Shown: piece after piece, positions 51,119 to 62,000 of the stretch | Numbering within the stretch: the first letter of the stretch is position 1 | How the letters are laid out: each line of letters starts with the position of its first letter | NCBI GenBank assembly: GCA_965226055.1 | Contig: CBDDCA010000005.1 | Span: 384,001 to 448,000, forward strand | Direction: 5' to 3' | DNA length: 64,000 bases | DNA from: Spirochaetia bacterium | GTDB lineage: Bacteria > Spirochaetota > Spirochaetia > WTKD01 > G963693115 | The notes under the pieces: generated by a model | The model's input: the letters and a program-made list of their open reading frames with translations, nothing else | What the model was told of the DNA's origin: nothing | Databases searched by the model: none | Program-made: the position numbers and the translations under genes

Positions 51119-51994
51119 ATGGTAATCAATCATAACCTTAGTGCAATGTTTGCGCAACGTGCACAAAAATTCAACAAAATCCATGTTGATCAAAATATGG
51201 AAAAATTATCATCTGGTCAAAGAATCAACCGAGCAGGTGATGATGCAGCTAATCTTGCTGTTTCTGAGAAGATGCGAGCTCAAATACGCGGTCTTCAAAG
51301 AGCAGAAAAAAACGCAGCAGATGGTATTTCACTTATTCAGACCGCTGAGGGATACCTTGATGAAACACATCAAGTACTACAGCGTATACGTGAGTTATCA
51401 GTACAAGCAGCAAATGGAACCTATTCTTCTGAAGATAGAGGGTACATCACTGTAGAATTTGATCAGCTTATTGATGAAGTTAATCGTGTTGCAAGAGATG
51501 CTCAGTTCAATGGACTTAACATCCTTACAGGACGATTTGCACAAGAAAATGGCTCTAATACAGTAACCTCTACTATGTTCCTCCATGTTGGAGCTAACAC
51601 AGATCAGAGGTTTCAAGTATTTATTGGGACAATGACTTCACAAGGCTTAGGACTACAAGAAATTGGTCCTACAGCAGATGCTGCACCAAAACTCTCAATA
51701 GGCACACAAGATGAAGCAAACAGGGCTATCTCTAAAATTGATGACGCTATAGAAAAAGTATCTTCTCAGAGAGCTGATCTTGGAGCTTTTCAACAAAGAT
51801 TACAGCTTACTCGTGTAGGCTTGTCCATCGGAGCTGAAAACTTACAGGCTGCAGAATCACGTATACGAGATACAGACATGGCATATGAAGCTGTACAGTT
51901 TACTAAGAATCAAATTCTATTGCAAGCATCGACTTCTATGATAACGCAAGCTAATAGTCAAAGTGCATTAGTGTTACAAGTGTTACAGCAATAG
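51119..51994 (+). CDS. flaB: Flagellin (periplasmic flagellar core protein)
   Basis: MVINHN, LSSGQRINRAGDDAA, HVGAN, ESRIRDTD. Confidence 0.96.
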   Translation: MVINHNLSAMFAQRAQKFNKIHVDQNMEKLSSGQRINRAGDDAANLAVSEKMRAQIRGLQRAEKNAADGISLIQTAEGYLDETHQVLQRIRELSVQAANGTYSSEDRGYITVEFDQLIDEVNRVARDAQFNGLNILTGRFAQENGSNTVTSTMFLHVGANTDQRFQVFIGTMTSQGLGLQEIGPTADAAPKLSIGTQDEANRAISKIDDAIEKVSSQRADLGAFQQRLQLTRVGLSIGAENLQAAESRIRDTDMAYEAVQFTKNQILLQASTSMITQANSQSALVLQVLQQ

Positions 51995-52023
51995 TTAGTT
52001 CCTCTGCACATTTATCATCCCTT

Positions 52024-52057
52024 ACAAAAGCGTTGTATGTTCTACAACGCTTTTTGT
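52024..52057 (+). terminator. Rho-independent terminator after flaB
   Basis: aaaagcgttgta-tgttc-tacaacgcttttt. Confidence 0.8.
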
Positions 52058-52123
52058 TTGTTTTATACATATCATTGTAAACATTCATTTCCATTAAAAT
52101 AGTAGTATACAACAATAACTATC

Positions 52124-53452
52124 ATGGAATACACGTATCCTCTTCATACATTTCCGTATCTATCACATATAAAACAGATAGCAAACCTGTTTAAGCAAAA
52201 TGGATTCAAATTCTATGTTGTCGGAGGTGCAGTGAGAGACTTTCTTCTTCAGAGACAAGTAAAAGATATTGATTTTAGTACAGACGCAAGCCCCGACATA
52301 GTTATGAAAATGTTTCCTCGTTCCATTCCTACAGGCATTGCTCATGGTACTGTTACTATTTTATTTCACCACTTACATTTTGAAGTTACCAGTTTTAGAA
52401 TTGATGGAGACTACTCAAACTATCGAACACCAGATTCTATAGCATATACTACTTCTCTTGAAAAAGATCTTGAAAGAAGAGACTTTACCATAAATGCAAT
52501 AGCACTTGATCCTTTACAAGAGCGTATTATAGATATGCATAATGGGATAGAAGATCTACATAATAACATCATTCGTTGCGTAGGAAATGCCTCAAAACGT
52601 TTTCAAGAAGATGCTTTACGTATGTTACGAGCAATACGTTTTAGTTGTAATCTTAATTTTTCTATTGAAAATGAAAGTCAAAATGCTATAAAAACTCATG
52701 CCTCCTTAATTTCTCATATCTCAAAAGAAAGAATTTGGACTGAACTCAGTAATATGTTTAGCTCTCTTAATGTTTATACTGCAGTACAACTCCTTCATGA
52801 GAATAATTTATTCCACATAATTTTTTCCTTTACTTTAAGAAAACAGGAGATGGATTACTGTAAAAAAATATACACATTTAGCAATATGTTCCCCTCTTTT
52901 TACAATAAAAATACCATGCAGACACTTTCTTTACATATTGCTATCTGCTTTATAGCACATGGTATCACAACATATAAGGAGTATACCGCTATTCTGAAAA
53001 CCTTGAAACTCTCAAATGCACAATTACATCTTATACAATGTATTATAAAAAATAGTCGCTATACTGTGATAAAAAAAAGAAATAATAAACAGATGAGAGT
53101 ATGGTCAACATTCAAACAAAACTGTTTTATATATACACTGGGAATAGAACGAGCCCTCCTTGTTTTGTATTATTATTACCTTGATGCACTTGCTCAAAAT
53201 ATGGTACAGGAAGCACAAGGGATACAACAATACATGCAAACAATACAACACACTCAAGACAAGAAACTTACAACATTAGCACAACTAGCAATCAATGGAA
53301 ATGATATTATGAAACTTAATACTACCATTAAAGGAAAAGACATAGGACTGTTATTACATACTGCTTTACGATATGTACTGCAGTATCCTGAAAAAAATAC
53401 AAAAACAATACTATTAGAATATATCAAAAAACGAGTTCCGAAACATAACTAG
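52124..53452 (+). CDS. cca: CCA-adding tRNA nucleotidyltransferase
   Basis: VGGAVRD, DID, RRDFTINA, EDALRMLR, SKERI. Confidence 0.9.
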   Translation: MEYTYPLHTFPYLSHIKQIANLFKQNGFKFYVVGGAVRDFLLQRQVKDIDFSTDASPDIVMKMFPRSIPTGIAHGTVTILFHHLHFEVTSFRIDGDYSNYRTPDSIAYTTSLEKDLERRDFTINAIALDPLQERIIDMHNGIEDLHNNIIRCVGNASKRFQEDALRMLRAIRFSCNLNFSIENESQNAIKTHASLISHISKERIWTELSNMFSSLNVYTAVQLLHENNLFHIIFSFTLRKQEMDYCKKIYTFSNMFPSFYNKNTMQTLSLHIAICFIAHGITTYKEYTAILKTLKLSNAQLHLIQCIIKNSRYTVIKKRNNKQMRVWSTFKQNCFIYTLGIERALLVLYYYYLDALAQNMVQEAQGIQQYMQTIQHTQDKKLTTLAQLAINGNDIMKLNTTIKGKDIGLLLHTALRYVLQYPEKNTKTILLEYIKKRVPKHN

Positions 53453-54285
53453 TATAGCTCTTTCTGTGTAAATTCACTTTCAAGATGTATATCTAAATCA
53501 GAACACACTTGTTTCGCCACTTGTTGTTCAGCACGCTTTTTATTTGTATCTATGTATGTACTTGAAATATACTTTCCATTCTCATGATGAAATTGTAAAT
53601 GTACTTTGAAATAAAGCTCCCCTTTTTTCTCCTGTGTAGCCACACATATATACTGAGGGACAGAGTTATATTTTTTTTGTGTATATGTTTGTAAAATAGA
53701 CTTATAATCTTTTAAGTGTTCCCCTTCTACTACTTCTTGTATAAAAGGAATAAACAAAGGTAAAAACACTTTCTTCATACGGGTGTAGCCTCTATCAAGA
53801 TACAACGCTCCAATCAATGCTTCCACTACATTTGCAACGATACGATTGTATTTATGTGATTCTTTTTGCAAATCATATACAGAAAATATATACTGCCTAA
53901 CATGCAGAGTATTCCCTACACGACTGAGATAGGGCTGTGATACAACATAAGAACGTAGCTTTGAAAGAAATGCCTCAGTAGCATTAGGATAATGAGCATA
54001 CACATACTCTGCCACCAGCACACTCAATAGAGCATCACCTAAAAACTCAAGACGCTCATTATTATAACTCTGTAGAGGAACAATACTATTTTCTATTGTA
54101 AAGCCTGATGCGTATACATACGATTTATGCATTAACGCAAAATATACATATAAGAGATTTCGAAAAGGCAATCTTGCATGTTTACAAAAAGCCTTTAATT
54201 TATTTTTAGCTACTATATAATGCTGGGTCTTATGAACCTTTGCATATGTAGATTGGGATATTTTAGTATGAAAAAAAGCAAACAA
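53449..54285 (-). CDS. rnc: Ribonuclease III
   Basis: NERLEFLGD, EALIGALYLD, dsRBD DYKSILQ...AEQ; start uncertain. Confidence 0.94.
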   Translation of the reverse strand: MFAFFHTKISQSTYAKVHKTQHYIVAKNKLKAFCKHARLPFRNLLYVYFALMHKSYVYASGFTIENSIVPLQSYNNERLEFLGDALLSVLVAEYVYAHYPNATEAFLSKLRSYVVSQPYLSRVGNTLHVRQYIFSVYDLQKESHKYNRIVANVVEALIGALYLDRGYTRMKKVFLPLFIPFIQEVVEGEHLKDYKSILQTYTQKKYNSVPQYICVATQEKKGELYFKVHLQFHHENGKYISSTYIDTNKKRAEQQVAKQVCSDLDIHLESEFTQKELY

Positions 54286-54342
54286 AAGCTACATTCAATT
54301 TATTAACTTTTTATTGACTTCTATTGTGTAGACTTCTACAGT

Positions 54343-54576
54343 TTAGCTTTTCAACGAATCAACATATGCAATAACTTTTCCTACAGTCTTCAAATCATTT
54401 GCTTTATCTTCGGAAATGGTTATATTAAAAGATTCTTCAAGTCCTTGAAGCAACTCATATGTATCAAGGCTATCACATCCTAAATCTTCAATAAAATTTG
54501 TTTCTTCAGTGATTTTACTTCCATCAACATCAAGTCGATCTACCATTATTGCTTTTACTTGTTCAAAAGTATTCAT
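54343..54576 (-). CDS. acpP: Acyl carrier protein
   Basis: DLGCDSLD. Confidence 0.95.
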   Translation of the reverse strand: MNTFEQVKAIMVDRLDVDGSKITEETNFIEDLGCDSLDTYELLQGLEESFNITISEDKANDLKTVGKVIAYVDSLKS

Positions 54577-54584
54577 AGTTACTC

Positions 54585-54770
54585 CTATTCTTCTTCTTTA
54601 ATAATTACTTGTTTTTCTCTATACATCCCTGATGTAGGATCCATTCTATGTCTTTGAATAAAATCTCCAGATTCACTTTTTCCATGCAATGTTGGGAGCT
54701 TAAGCTTTCCATTGATAGAATGCTTACGAGAAGTACGTGATTTTGAAGCTTTTTTCTTTGGTACTGCCAT
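54585..54770 (-). CDS. rpmF: 50S ribosomal protein L32
   Basis: MAVPKKKASKSR...HR...GMY; GAGG RBS. Confidence 0.93.
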   Translation of the reverse strand: MAVPKKKASKSRTSRKHSINGKLKLPTLHGKSESGDFIQRHRMDPTSGMYREKQVIIKEEE

Positions 54771-54843
54771 ATTATCCTCTATATAATTAGTATATGTATT
54801 ATGATACCACATATATATAAAAATATCAAGTAGGGTATGTGAC

Positions 54844-54873
54844 TTGACAAAGCTCTCTACTTACAGTTAGAAT
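54844..54873 (+). promoter_or_regulatory. Sigma70 promoter for rpmG-rpmB
   Basis: TTGACA-N18-TAGAAT. Confidence 0.7.
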
Positions 54874-54891
54874 ATATATAAGGAAGTTTTT

Positions 54892-55065
54892 ATGGCAAAA
54901 AAGAGTAAAAATAATTTTATACGTATTCGTCTTAAAAGCAGTGAAAGTGGTCATTGTTACTATACAAAAAAGAACAAAAAGAATACCCCTGATAAGTTTG
55001 AATTTATGAAATACGATCCTTTTATACGAAAACATGCACTCTATAAAGAAGTTGGAAAAGCATAA
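54892..55065 (+). CDS. rpmG: 50S ribosomal protein L33 (not in ORF track)
   Basis: Translated by hand: [57 protein letters not shown]. Confidence 0.95.
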   Translation: MAKKSKNNFIRIRLKSSESGHCYYTKKNKKNTPDKFEFMKYDPFIRKHALYKEVGKA

Positions 55066-55171
55066 ATAACAATTATCAGTACAACTACCAATAAACTATT
55101 GGTAAAAACAAATAGTAAAAAATATTCAAATTATAGTAAAAAAATTATAGTAAAATAAGGCAGGAAAGCAT

Positions 55172-55399
55172 ATGGCAAGAAGATGTATGATTAGTGGAAA
55201 GAGTCCACTTACAGGCAATAATGTATCTCATTCACACAACAAAAGTAAACGAAGACAATATCCAAATTTACAAAATAAAAAGATTTATATCCCAGAACTA
55301 AAAAAAAGTGTTCGTCTTAGAGTGTCTACATCTACTTTACGGAGTATAGATAAAATAGGATTTCTCAATTTTGTGAAAAAATACGGCTTACATATTTAG
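55172..55399 (+). CDS. rpmB: 50S ribosomal protein L28
   Basis: CMISGK...GNNVSHS..KRRQYPNL. Confidence 0.96.
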   Translation: MARRCMISGKSPLTGNNVSHSHNKSKRRQYPNLQNKKIYIPELKKSVRLRVSTSTLRSIDKIGFLNFVKKYGLHI

Positions 55400-55442
55400 T
55401 TTCATTGAGAAATAACAGCTCACAGTACTCTCAAAAGTACTC

Positions 55443-56300
55443 CTATGGAGTAAGTAATATATCTTTCAATAATCTTGCCACCCCATCCTCATTATTACTG
55501 TAAGGCGTTCTTTTTAAGTGGGGAAGTAAATCGTCATTGGCATTTTTCATAATATAGCCATAGTCACACACATCAAACATAGATATATCATTATAAGAAT
55601 CGCCTAACGCAAGTACATTTTTTGAAGTCAAATCATATTTCTCTAGTAAATACTGGATAGCCAGTCCTTTTGATGCCTCATTACTAAATACCTCAAGATA
55701 TTCCTTAGAACTAAATACCGCATGTACACCTTCTATATTATCAAGATGCCTCTTTATATCTTGTAATATACTATTATCCCAGCTTACAAACATTATCTTT
55801 GATACAGGGGTATTTTCTATCGATTTCCAACTAGAGATTGTAGTAAATGTAACACTTGTTCTACTAGCATACACCTTAGAGTATTCATTCTCTTTTAGAG
55901 TATAAAGCATCTCTCCTTGATAGAGATGTATATGCACATTTGGAAACTGATTATCTCGTATATCAATAATCTTTTGAGCAACTGGCCATGCAAGATCGGT
56001 GGATACAATAAGCTCAATTTCCTTATCCATACTCTTCTTGCTATATATATGCACACCGTTCGTACATATAATATCTTTACATAACTCTAATGGCACATGA
56101 TTTTTCATAGCAGAAAAAGGACGGCCAGTAACTGGCACAAAATAAATTTCTTTCTCAAGAAGAGCTTTCCATACCTCTTTGGTATAGTCGCTACACATAT
56201 GATCATCTCTCAAAAGAGTACCATCAAGATCACATGCTATAAAACGTATAGTATTGCTTGGTATTGCTACTGTATCTTGTACTGATGTTGTATTGTTCAT
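55443..56300 (-). CDS. Cof-type HAD hydrolase
   Basis: DLDGTLL, TGR, SKG, GDSYND, NNEDGV. Confidence 0.93.
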   Translation of the reverse strand: MNNTTSVQDTVAIPSNTIRFIACDLDGTLLRDDHMCSDYTKEVWKALLEKEIYFVPVTGRPFSAMKNHVPLELCKDIICTNGVHIYSKKSMDKEIELIVSTDLAWPVAQKIIDIRDNQFPNVHIHLYQGEMLYTLKENEYSKVYASRTSVTFTTISSWKSIENTPVSKIMFVSWDNSILQDIKRHLDNIEGVHAVFSSKEYLEVFSNEASKGLAIQYLLEKYDLTSKNVLALGDSYNDISMFDVCDYGYIMKNANDDLLPHLKRTPYSNNEDGVARLLKDILLTP

Positions 56301-56354
56301 TTTTATCCTGTGAGTTATACTATAAACTCTCTATGTTTAGTATATAATACAATT

Positions 56355-57203
56355 ATGAATAATGTAAACAAACAAATAGATACATGCACAAACTCTCTCT
56401 CTTTCCCTATTATAGACAGCCATTGTCATCTTACACTTACAGAAAAGTATCACCCTACACTCCATAGAGACTTAGAATACCTTAGTTCAAAAGAAATGTA
56501 CTTACTTGATATTGGTATTGAACCAAAAGATTTAGAGCAACGAAAACAGAAGTTTTCTAAATATCAACACATATACTTTAGCATAGGGCTACATCCAAAC
56601 TATTGCGAAAATTATACAGCACAAGAAATTGAACCTTTATTACATAAAGCCATCCCTACAGCAGATGCTATTGGAGAATGTGGACTCGATTGGTTTGCTC
56701 AAAGAGCAAGCAAAGAAAAGCAAAAAGATATATTTCGCTTACATCTCAGTATGGCATTTGAATACAACAAGCCACTTATCATACACTCACGAGATTCATT
56801 AGAAGATATACTATATGAGATTGATACTTTTTATAAAACACATGCTATTGATATACAAGATCCACAGTACTCCCAATATCCTATAGGAGTTATTCATTGT
56901 TTTAGCGGAACAAAAGAACAAGCACAACACTGTTTAGATCTTGGGTTTTATATATCTTTTACTGCTAATATAAGCTACAAAAAAAATATACTCTTACAAG
57001 AAGTAATCAAAATAATCCCTACTGATACATTACTCTTAGAAACGGATGCTCCTTATTTAAGCCATCAAAAAATACGTTCAGAAAAGAATCATCCAAAAAA
57101 TATGCCGCTTCTGTACGAAACAGTAGCGGCATTGCAATTAACAGATATACATAGCTTAGTACAATGTACTAAACAAAATCTTCTTCATTTTTTACGATGC
57201 TAA
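56355..57203 (+). CDS. tatD: TatD family hydrolase
   Basis: DSHCH, GLHP, IGECGLD, IHSR, HCF, ETDAPY; start uncertain. Confidence 0.92.
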   Translation: MNNVNKQIDTCTNSLSFPIIDSHCHLTLTEKYHPTLHRDLEYLSSKEMYLLDIGIEPKDLEQRKQKFSKYQHIYFSIGLHPNYCENYTAQEIEPLLHKAIPTADAIGECGLDWFAQRASKEKQKDIFRLHLSMAFEYNKPLIIHSRDSLEDILYEIDTFYKTHAIDIQDPQYSQYPIGVIHCFSGTKEQAQHCLDLGFYISFTANISYKKNILLQEVIKIIPTDTLLLETDAPYLSHQKIRSEKNHPKNMPLLYETVAALQLTDIHSLVQCTKQNLLHFLRC

Positions 57204-57204
57204 A

Positions 57205-57921
57205 TCACCATCCATCCGATATGTCATCCTCACTCTTATTAGCATCAATCATGGCATCACGGATAACCCGTAAATCATCAAAATAAACATAATAAGAACC
57301 TACAGTATCTTGAAAGTATGTATCTATTCTTAATCCTAAAAGATACATTCCATAAAAATTACCTCTTCGTAAATCTTCTTGTGCAAACGATTCAGGAATA
57401 ATTACTTCCAGCTTTTTCCATCCACTAAAATTTAATTGCCCTATAGGTAATGTTAGTATATTTCCATTCATATCAAGTACCCGTGCAGATAATGTATGTC
57501 GTTTATCTCTCCCAAGTACCCATAAAGATAATTTTTTAGCAATACCAGGAATAAACATAGCTTTCTGTAGCTCCATATCAATAACGGTCTCGCTTCTTCT
57601 ATAAAATTCTGCCTTTACACCAAGCACATATTCATCAGTAGGAAAAATATTTTTTTCTTCTTGTTCTAAAATTTGCTTTTCTTTTGGTCCACCAAAAATT
57701 CTACGAACTTTCGTTGTTCCTTCATCCTCAGAAATACTTATTCTCCATAGTGTAGGGTCCTCAAACGATGTTACAAGCATCTCTCTTAAAAGCTGACGCC
57801 CTGTATCTGTGGGTACTCTTGTTGTTGTTGTCTGATTATCATTTTCAGTACTCTGAGAATACACACTTCCTATGAGCATAAAAATAAGCATGACTATTAG
57901 TATATTTTTCTTATGAAACAT
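57205..57921 (-). CDS. flaA: Flagellar filament sheath protein FlaA
   Basis: Signal peptide, FE...W, VLGVKAEF, LNFSGWKKL, YFDDLR, DGW end. Confidence 0.88.
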   Translation of the reverse strand: MFHKKNILIVMLIFMLIGSVYSQSTENDNQTTTTRVPTDTGRQLLREMLVTSFEDPTLWRISISEDEGTTKVRRIFGGPKEKQILEQEEKNIFPTDEYVLGVKAEFYRRSETVIDMELQKAMFIPGIAKKLSLWVLGRDKRHTLSARVLDMNGNILTLPIGQLNFSGWKKLEVIIPESFAQEDLRRGNFYGMYLLGLRIDTYFQDTVGSYYVYFDDLRVIRDAMIDANKSEDDISDGW

Positions 57922-57941
57922 TGTATTTCCTCCCTATCTGC

Positions 57942-58814
57942 CTATTGTTCATTACTATCTTCTTCATCATTACTGAAGAAACTATCTCTAATATCTGGTT
58001 TTGTAAGCTGATATCCATCATAGTAATCAGAAGAATCTTCCTGAATAGGAACAGTAACAAAAAGGGAATCAAAGAATAAATCAAAATCGTTTACTGCTTC
58101 CCCTGCTCCAGTTCTTATGATTATTTTGTTCAATCGTAAATAATAATCATTTTCCACCAAATCTCTTGTACTCACATACTTATAAAAAGGTATATCTCCT
58201 TCAAGTACTTTCCATCCTTTATAATTCAAATTTCCTACATTTACCAGAAAAACTTCACCATAGAAATTTTGAAATTCAATAGATACATAGTAATCTCTAA
58301 GAACACCAAGGGCATATATACCAACACCTCCTACTGCTTCGCGTAAGTAGATACCTGGTATTGGATCACCTTGCTTAAATGATTCTCCATCCCTTGCATC
58401 CTGTTCATAGGTGAAAATTCCTGGCTTAATTCCTTTTTTTTCTAGATCAGTATCAGTCGGAATTAAGTAAAGATAATTCGTACCTTTTAAATTAAACGCA
58501 GCTCTTACAACAAGCAATCTTTGTTCTTCGTCTTCATTACTACCACGCATAATATGGGGCAAGAATAAAGGATTATATCCTGCAATATATTTCCATTGTG
58601 GATATGGTTTATCCTCAGTTTGCGTTATAAATCTACTTGCTCTTACTTCCCACTTGTATCCGCTTATAAGAGAATCTTCTTGTCCATCAAAACTTTCTAG
58701 CAAGCGTGAACTGGCAACATGAGAAAGAGAAGACTGAGCTCCGAGATACCCAATGAATACAGCGAAAAAGAGCAATGACATTACTAATAATGTTATTGTT
58801 TTTTTATGAAACAC
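57942..58814 (-). CDS. flaA: FlaA-family sheath protein (divergent)
   Basis: LESFD...W, GNLNYKGWK, FFDSL; tandem with flaA; GTG start with AAGGAG RBS. Confidence 0.75.
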   Translation of the reverse strand: MFHKKTITLLVMSLLFFAVFIGYLGAQSSLSHVASSRLLESFDGQEDSLISGYKWEVRASRFITQTEDKPYPQWKYIAGYNPLFLPHIMRGSNEDEEQRLLVVRAAFNLKGTNYLYLIPTDTDLEKKGIKPGIFTYEQDARDGESFKQGDPIPGIYLREAVGGVGIYALGVLRDYYVSIEFQNFYGEVFLVNVGNLNYKGWKVLEGDIPFYKYVSTRDLVENDYYLRLNKIIIRTGAGEAVNDFDLFFDSLFVTVPIQEDSSDYYDGYQLTKPDIRDSFFSNDEEDSNEQ

Positions 58815-59008
58815 TACAATTACACTCCTTTTTATATTTAATTTATCAGAAAAATTAAAATAATAATTATACACTTTTATATTATCATAAAATATGTCTT
58901 TTGTCAATTTTTCTCTATTACTTATATCGTCTTAAAAGAATAGAAGTGTATGTTTTTTTCTAAAAATATCTTTCATCCATTCTATTTACTTACTATATAT
59001 GCATGAAG

Positions 59009-59043
59009 AAAAAGGAATACAAGATATTCTTGTATTCCTTTTT
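59009..59043 (-). terminator. Rho-independent terminator
   Basis: aaaaaggaatacaaga-tat-tcttgtattccttttt. Confidence 0.85.
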
Positions 59044-59068
59044 TGTACAATGATGCTCCTAGATGAGA

Positions 59069-62000
59069 TTAGAAACAAACATCTTTATTACTACTACTAT
59101 CCAATTTCGTTGGATATTGTGCTGTTTTTCCTGCCATAGCTGATCCTGTAAACATAGCATCAAAAGTATCAGAAGCCTTATAGGTACATATCTTCCATTT
59201 CGATAAATTTTGATCAAATGCTGTGGCTTCCTTAAACATATCCTTATATGATATATTAGCTTGTATCGTCCAATCCGATATATCTTGATTAAATGCTTTT
59301 GTTAAACGAAACATTCTGTCCATGTTTGAAACATTATGCACTTTCCATTTTGATATATCTTGATTAAATTTGTCAGCAGCAAGAAACATACTACTCATAT
59401 CTTGAACATTACTTACATCCCAGTCCGATATATCTTGATTAAAATCTGCATTCGCATAAAACATTTGACTCATACTTCTCACATTACTTACATTCCAACC
59501 CGATATATCTTGATCGAACTTTACATTTGCTTTAAATAGACCGTCCATATCAGTTACATTACTCGTATCCCACTGTGATACATCTCTATTAAATACCCAT
59601 GCATCAACCAACATATTGCTCATAGTAGTTACATTACTTGTATTCCAATTTGATATATTTCCATTAAATTTCGTTGGCTTAAGATATTGATAAGTATAAC
59701 TACCTTGATTATACAATAAATACTCCATATCAGTAATAGCACTGGTATCTATCATGTTAAGATTAGGAGCATTTCCCTGTGCCTTTACCTCCGCGTCTAT
59801 AATATCTCTCAACGCATTCTTTGTCGTTGGTCTATAATAATTAGCTGCTTTTCCTTGTACTGCTTGTAGCCCTGTTTGTATTGTAATGCTACGTCTTTGC
59901 TGTCCTGCATGAGATCCTGTTCCTGTACATACTAAAGTGTATTTATACTCTCTAATAAAAGGATCATGCTCATTTGATTTGTTAGGCTTGCCAGTGATAC
60001 CATCTCTTACAGAAAATTGCAAGCCTGTCTCTTTCGCTAGTGCATCAATAGTACAGCTAAACGTTGCATTGCCTGGATCTTTTGTTATCGTTATTGGCGT
60101 AATAGCAGTACCTACTGTATATGTACTATTACTATTTTGCAACTCTATAGTAAAGGTTGCGGTGGTAACACTTTCTGCAGAAGTAGGGATAGATCTATTG
60201 TTTACAATGCTATTTACTGCCTCTACGGTAATAAAGTACTTCTGTCCTTTGTTGAGATTGCCTAGTACATATATTGCTTTCGATGTTACATCAGTTTTTA
60301 CTCCTCCTACTTTTGCATCTTGATTGCTTCCTTTTGCTTGCTCTGCCTGTGCTTGTGTTTTTACCTGTGCTGCTGTCAAGGTACTTGTCGATGCATAGTA
60401 ATATAATGTATAGCTTAGCTCATCCTCTGTCAATCCTGTACCATCTGTCTTTGTTCCCTTAAAGCTCGGTGCAGTAACATCCACCTCTATTGTATTCCCA
60501 TTTGCTTCTAGTGCTACAGTAGGGGTATTAGGCGCTGCTCCTTGTGCTGTCTTAAACTCTGCTCTCTTACCATCTGACATTTTTGTGGTATCGGTACTGT
60601 TTACTGCTTGTACTACTACTTCGTAATTTACTCCTGCTTTAAGGCTTGTCAATCCTGCTGTCTTTACATTTGCTCCTATTGTCATAGGACTACTATCTGC
60701 TGCTTTAATCTGTGCTACTGTTCTTGCTGTTGCTCCTTTTTCCGCATGATACACTTTATATGACACTTGACTGGCTTGCAATGCTGTCCCTGCCTTGTTC
60801 TTATAATTATTCCCTAATGTAGGCGCATCCCATTGCACCGTTGCCGTACCATTTGCTCCCCCTGAAATTGAAGTAAAAGTAATAGCATTTACCTCAGTAG
60901 GAACAAGGGTATCTACAAGAATACTTTCCACATCTGACACTACCTTTGCATCAAGATCTGTTTTTACTGCTATTTGAAATACAAAATGATACCGCTTTCC
61001 TTTAATAGAAGCACCGCCCACTGTTGAAAGTGCATTCAGTGTATATTTTCCTCCTTTCACTGTAGATCCACTTAGTGCAGGGAGTACTATTTCTGATCCC
61101 TTATCTATCACTTCTTGGGCAGTAGGCACTGTATCCTGTTGAAGCCCAAATACTATATATACTAATTCTTTATTATCGTTTATATTATCCCCACCCCTTG
61201 TTTGTGTGTACACTCTGTCCAAACCTGAACCATGTGCAAATTCAGACAACTGCGTCAACACTAGCTTTATTGCTCCTATTGGGCTTGATTGTGACACTGC
61301 TAATTTATTATCAAGCAACACTTTAGGAGGAGCTATTGCTTCTGATGATATTTTTGTTGAGGTAATAGCTTTTACACTACTATATACTGTTTTTGCTGTA
61401 TCTGATTTTATTACTACCTCTACCACAAAATGATACTTTGTTTCTGATTGTACAGTAAAAGTAAAAGTATTAGCAAATAAAGATACTCCTTGAACTAATT
61501 TAGACAAAGATATCTCAGTTCCTCCCGTATGTACTTCTGCTGCTGTTGGTATACTGCCTGTATCTTTTAGCAGATATGCGTTATACTCAAGATCTGCATT
61601 TGCAGTAACATTTGATCCATCAAATTTCTTTGCTCCTGTAAATGTTGTAAGCAAAGTAACATTAACGACAATACCCCCCCTATTTACACTAGGATCCGAT
61701 CTTACTGTTAGAATATCTGTCACTAACGATTGTTGAGGAGCTACTGCTTGAGACACTGTTATCCTTTGTACCGTACTGTATACTCTTTTTTCTGGCACTC
61801 TTGCTATTGCTACCTCTGCCACAAAATGATACTTCTTGCCTCCATCTAGGTCTATTTGTGCTGCTGAATCGCTTGTTAGCCCTAACTTATCCAACGCTTC
61901 TACTGTGTACTTGCCTCCACTTACTGTGCCTATGGCTACTTTTCTTCCATTGCTTACTATCTCTTGCACATTTGCTGGGTTCGTATCTTTCTGTAAGCCA

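Noticed and set aside
53800-53850. RNase III has Asn (ANVVEA) where Asp is usual
   Set aside because: The other catalytic residues are intact; a single substitution is not enough to claim altered function
54826-55035. Minus-strand 69-aa ORF
   Set aside because: Antisense to the real rpmG gene (54892-55065)
55110-55160. Three short ATAGTAAAA repeats between rpmG and rpmB
   Set aside because: Low-complexity AT-rich sequence that cannot be distinguished from chance
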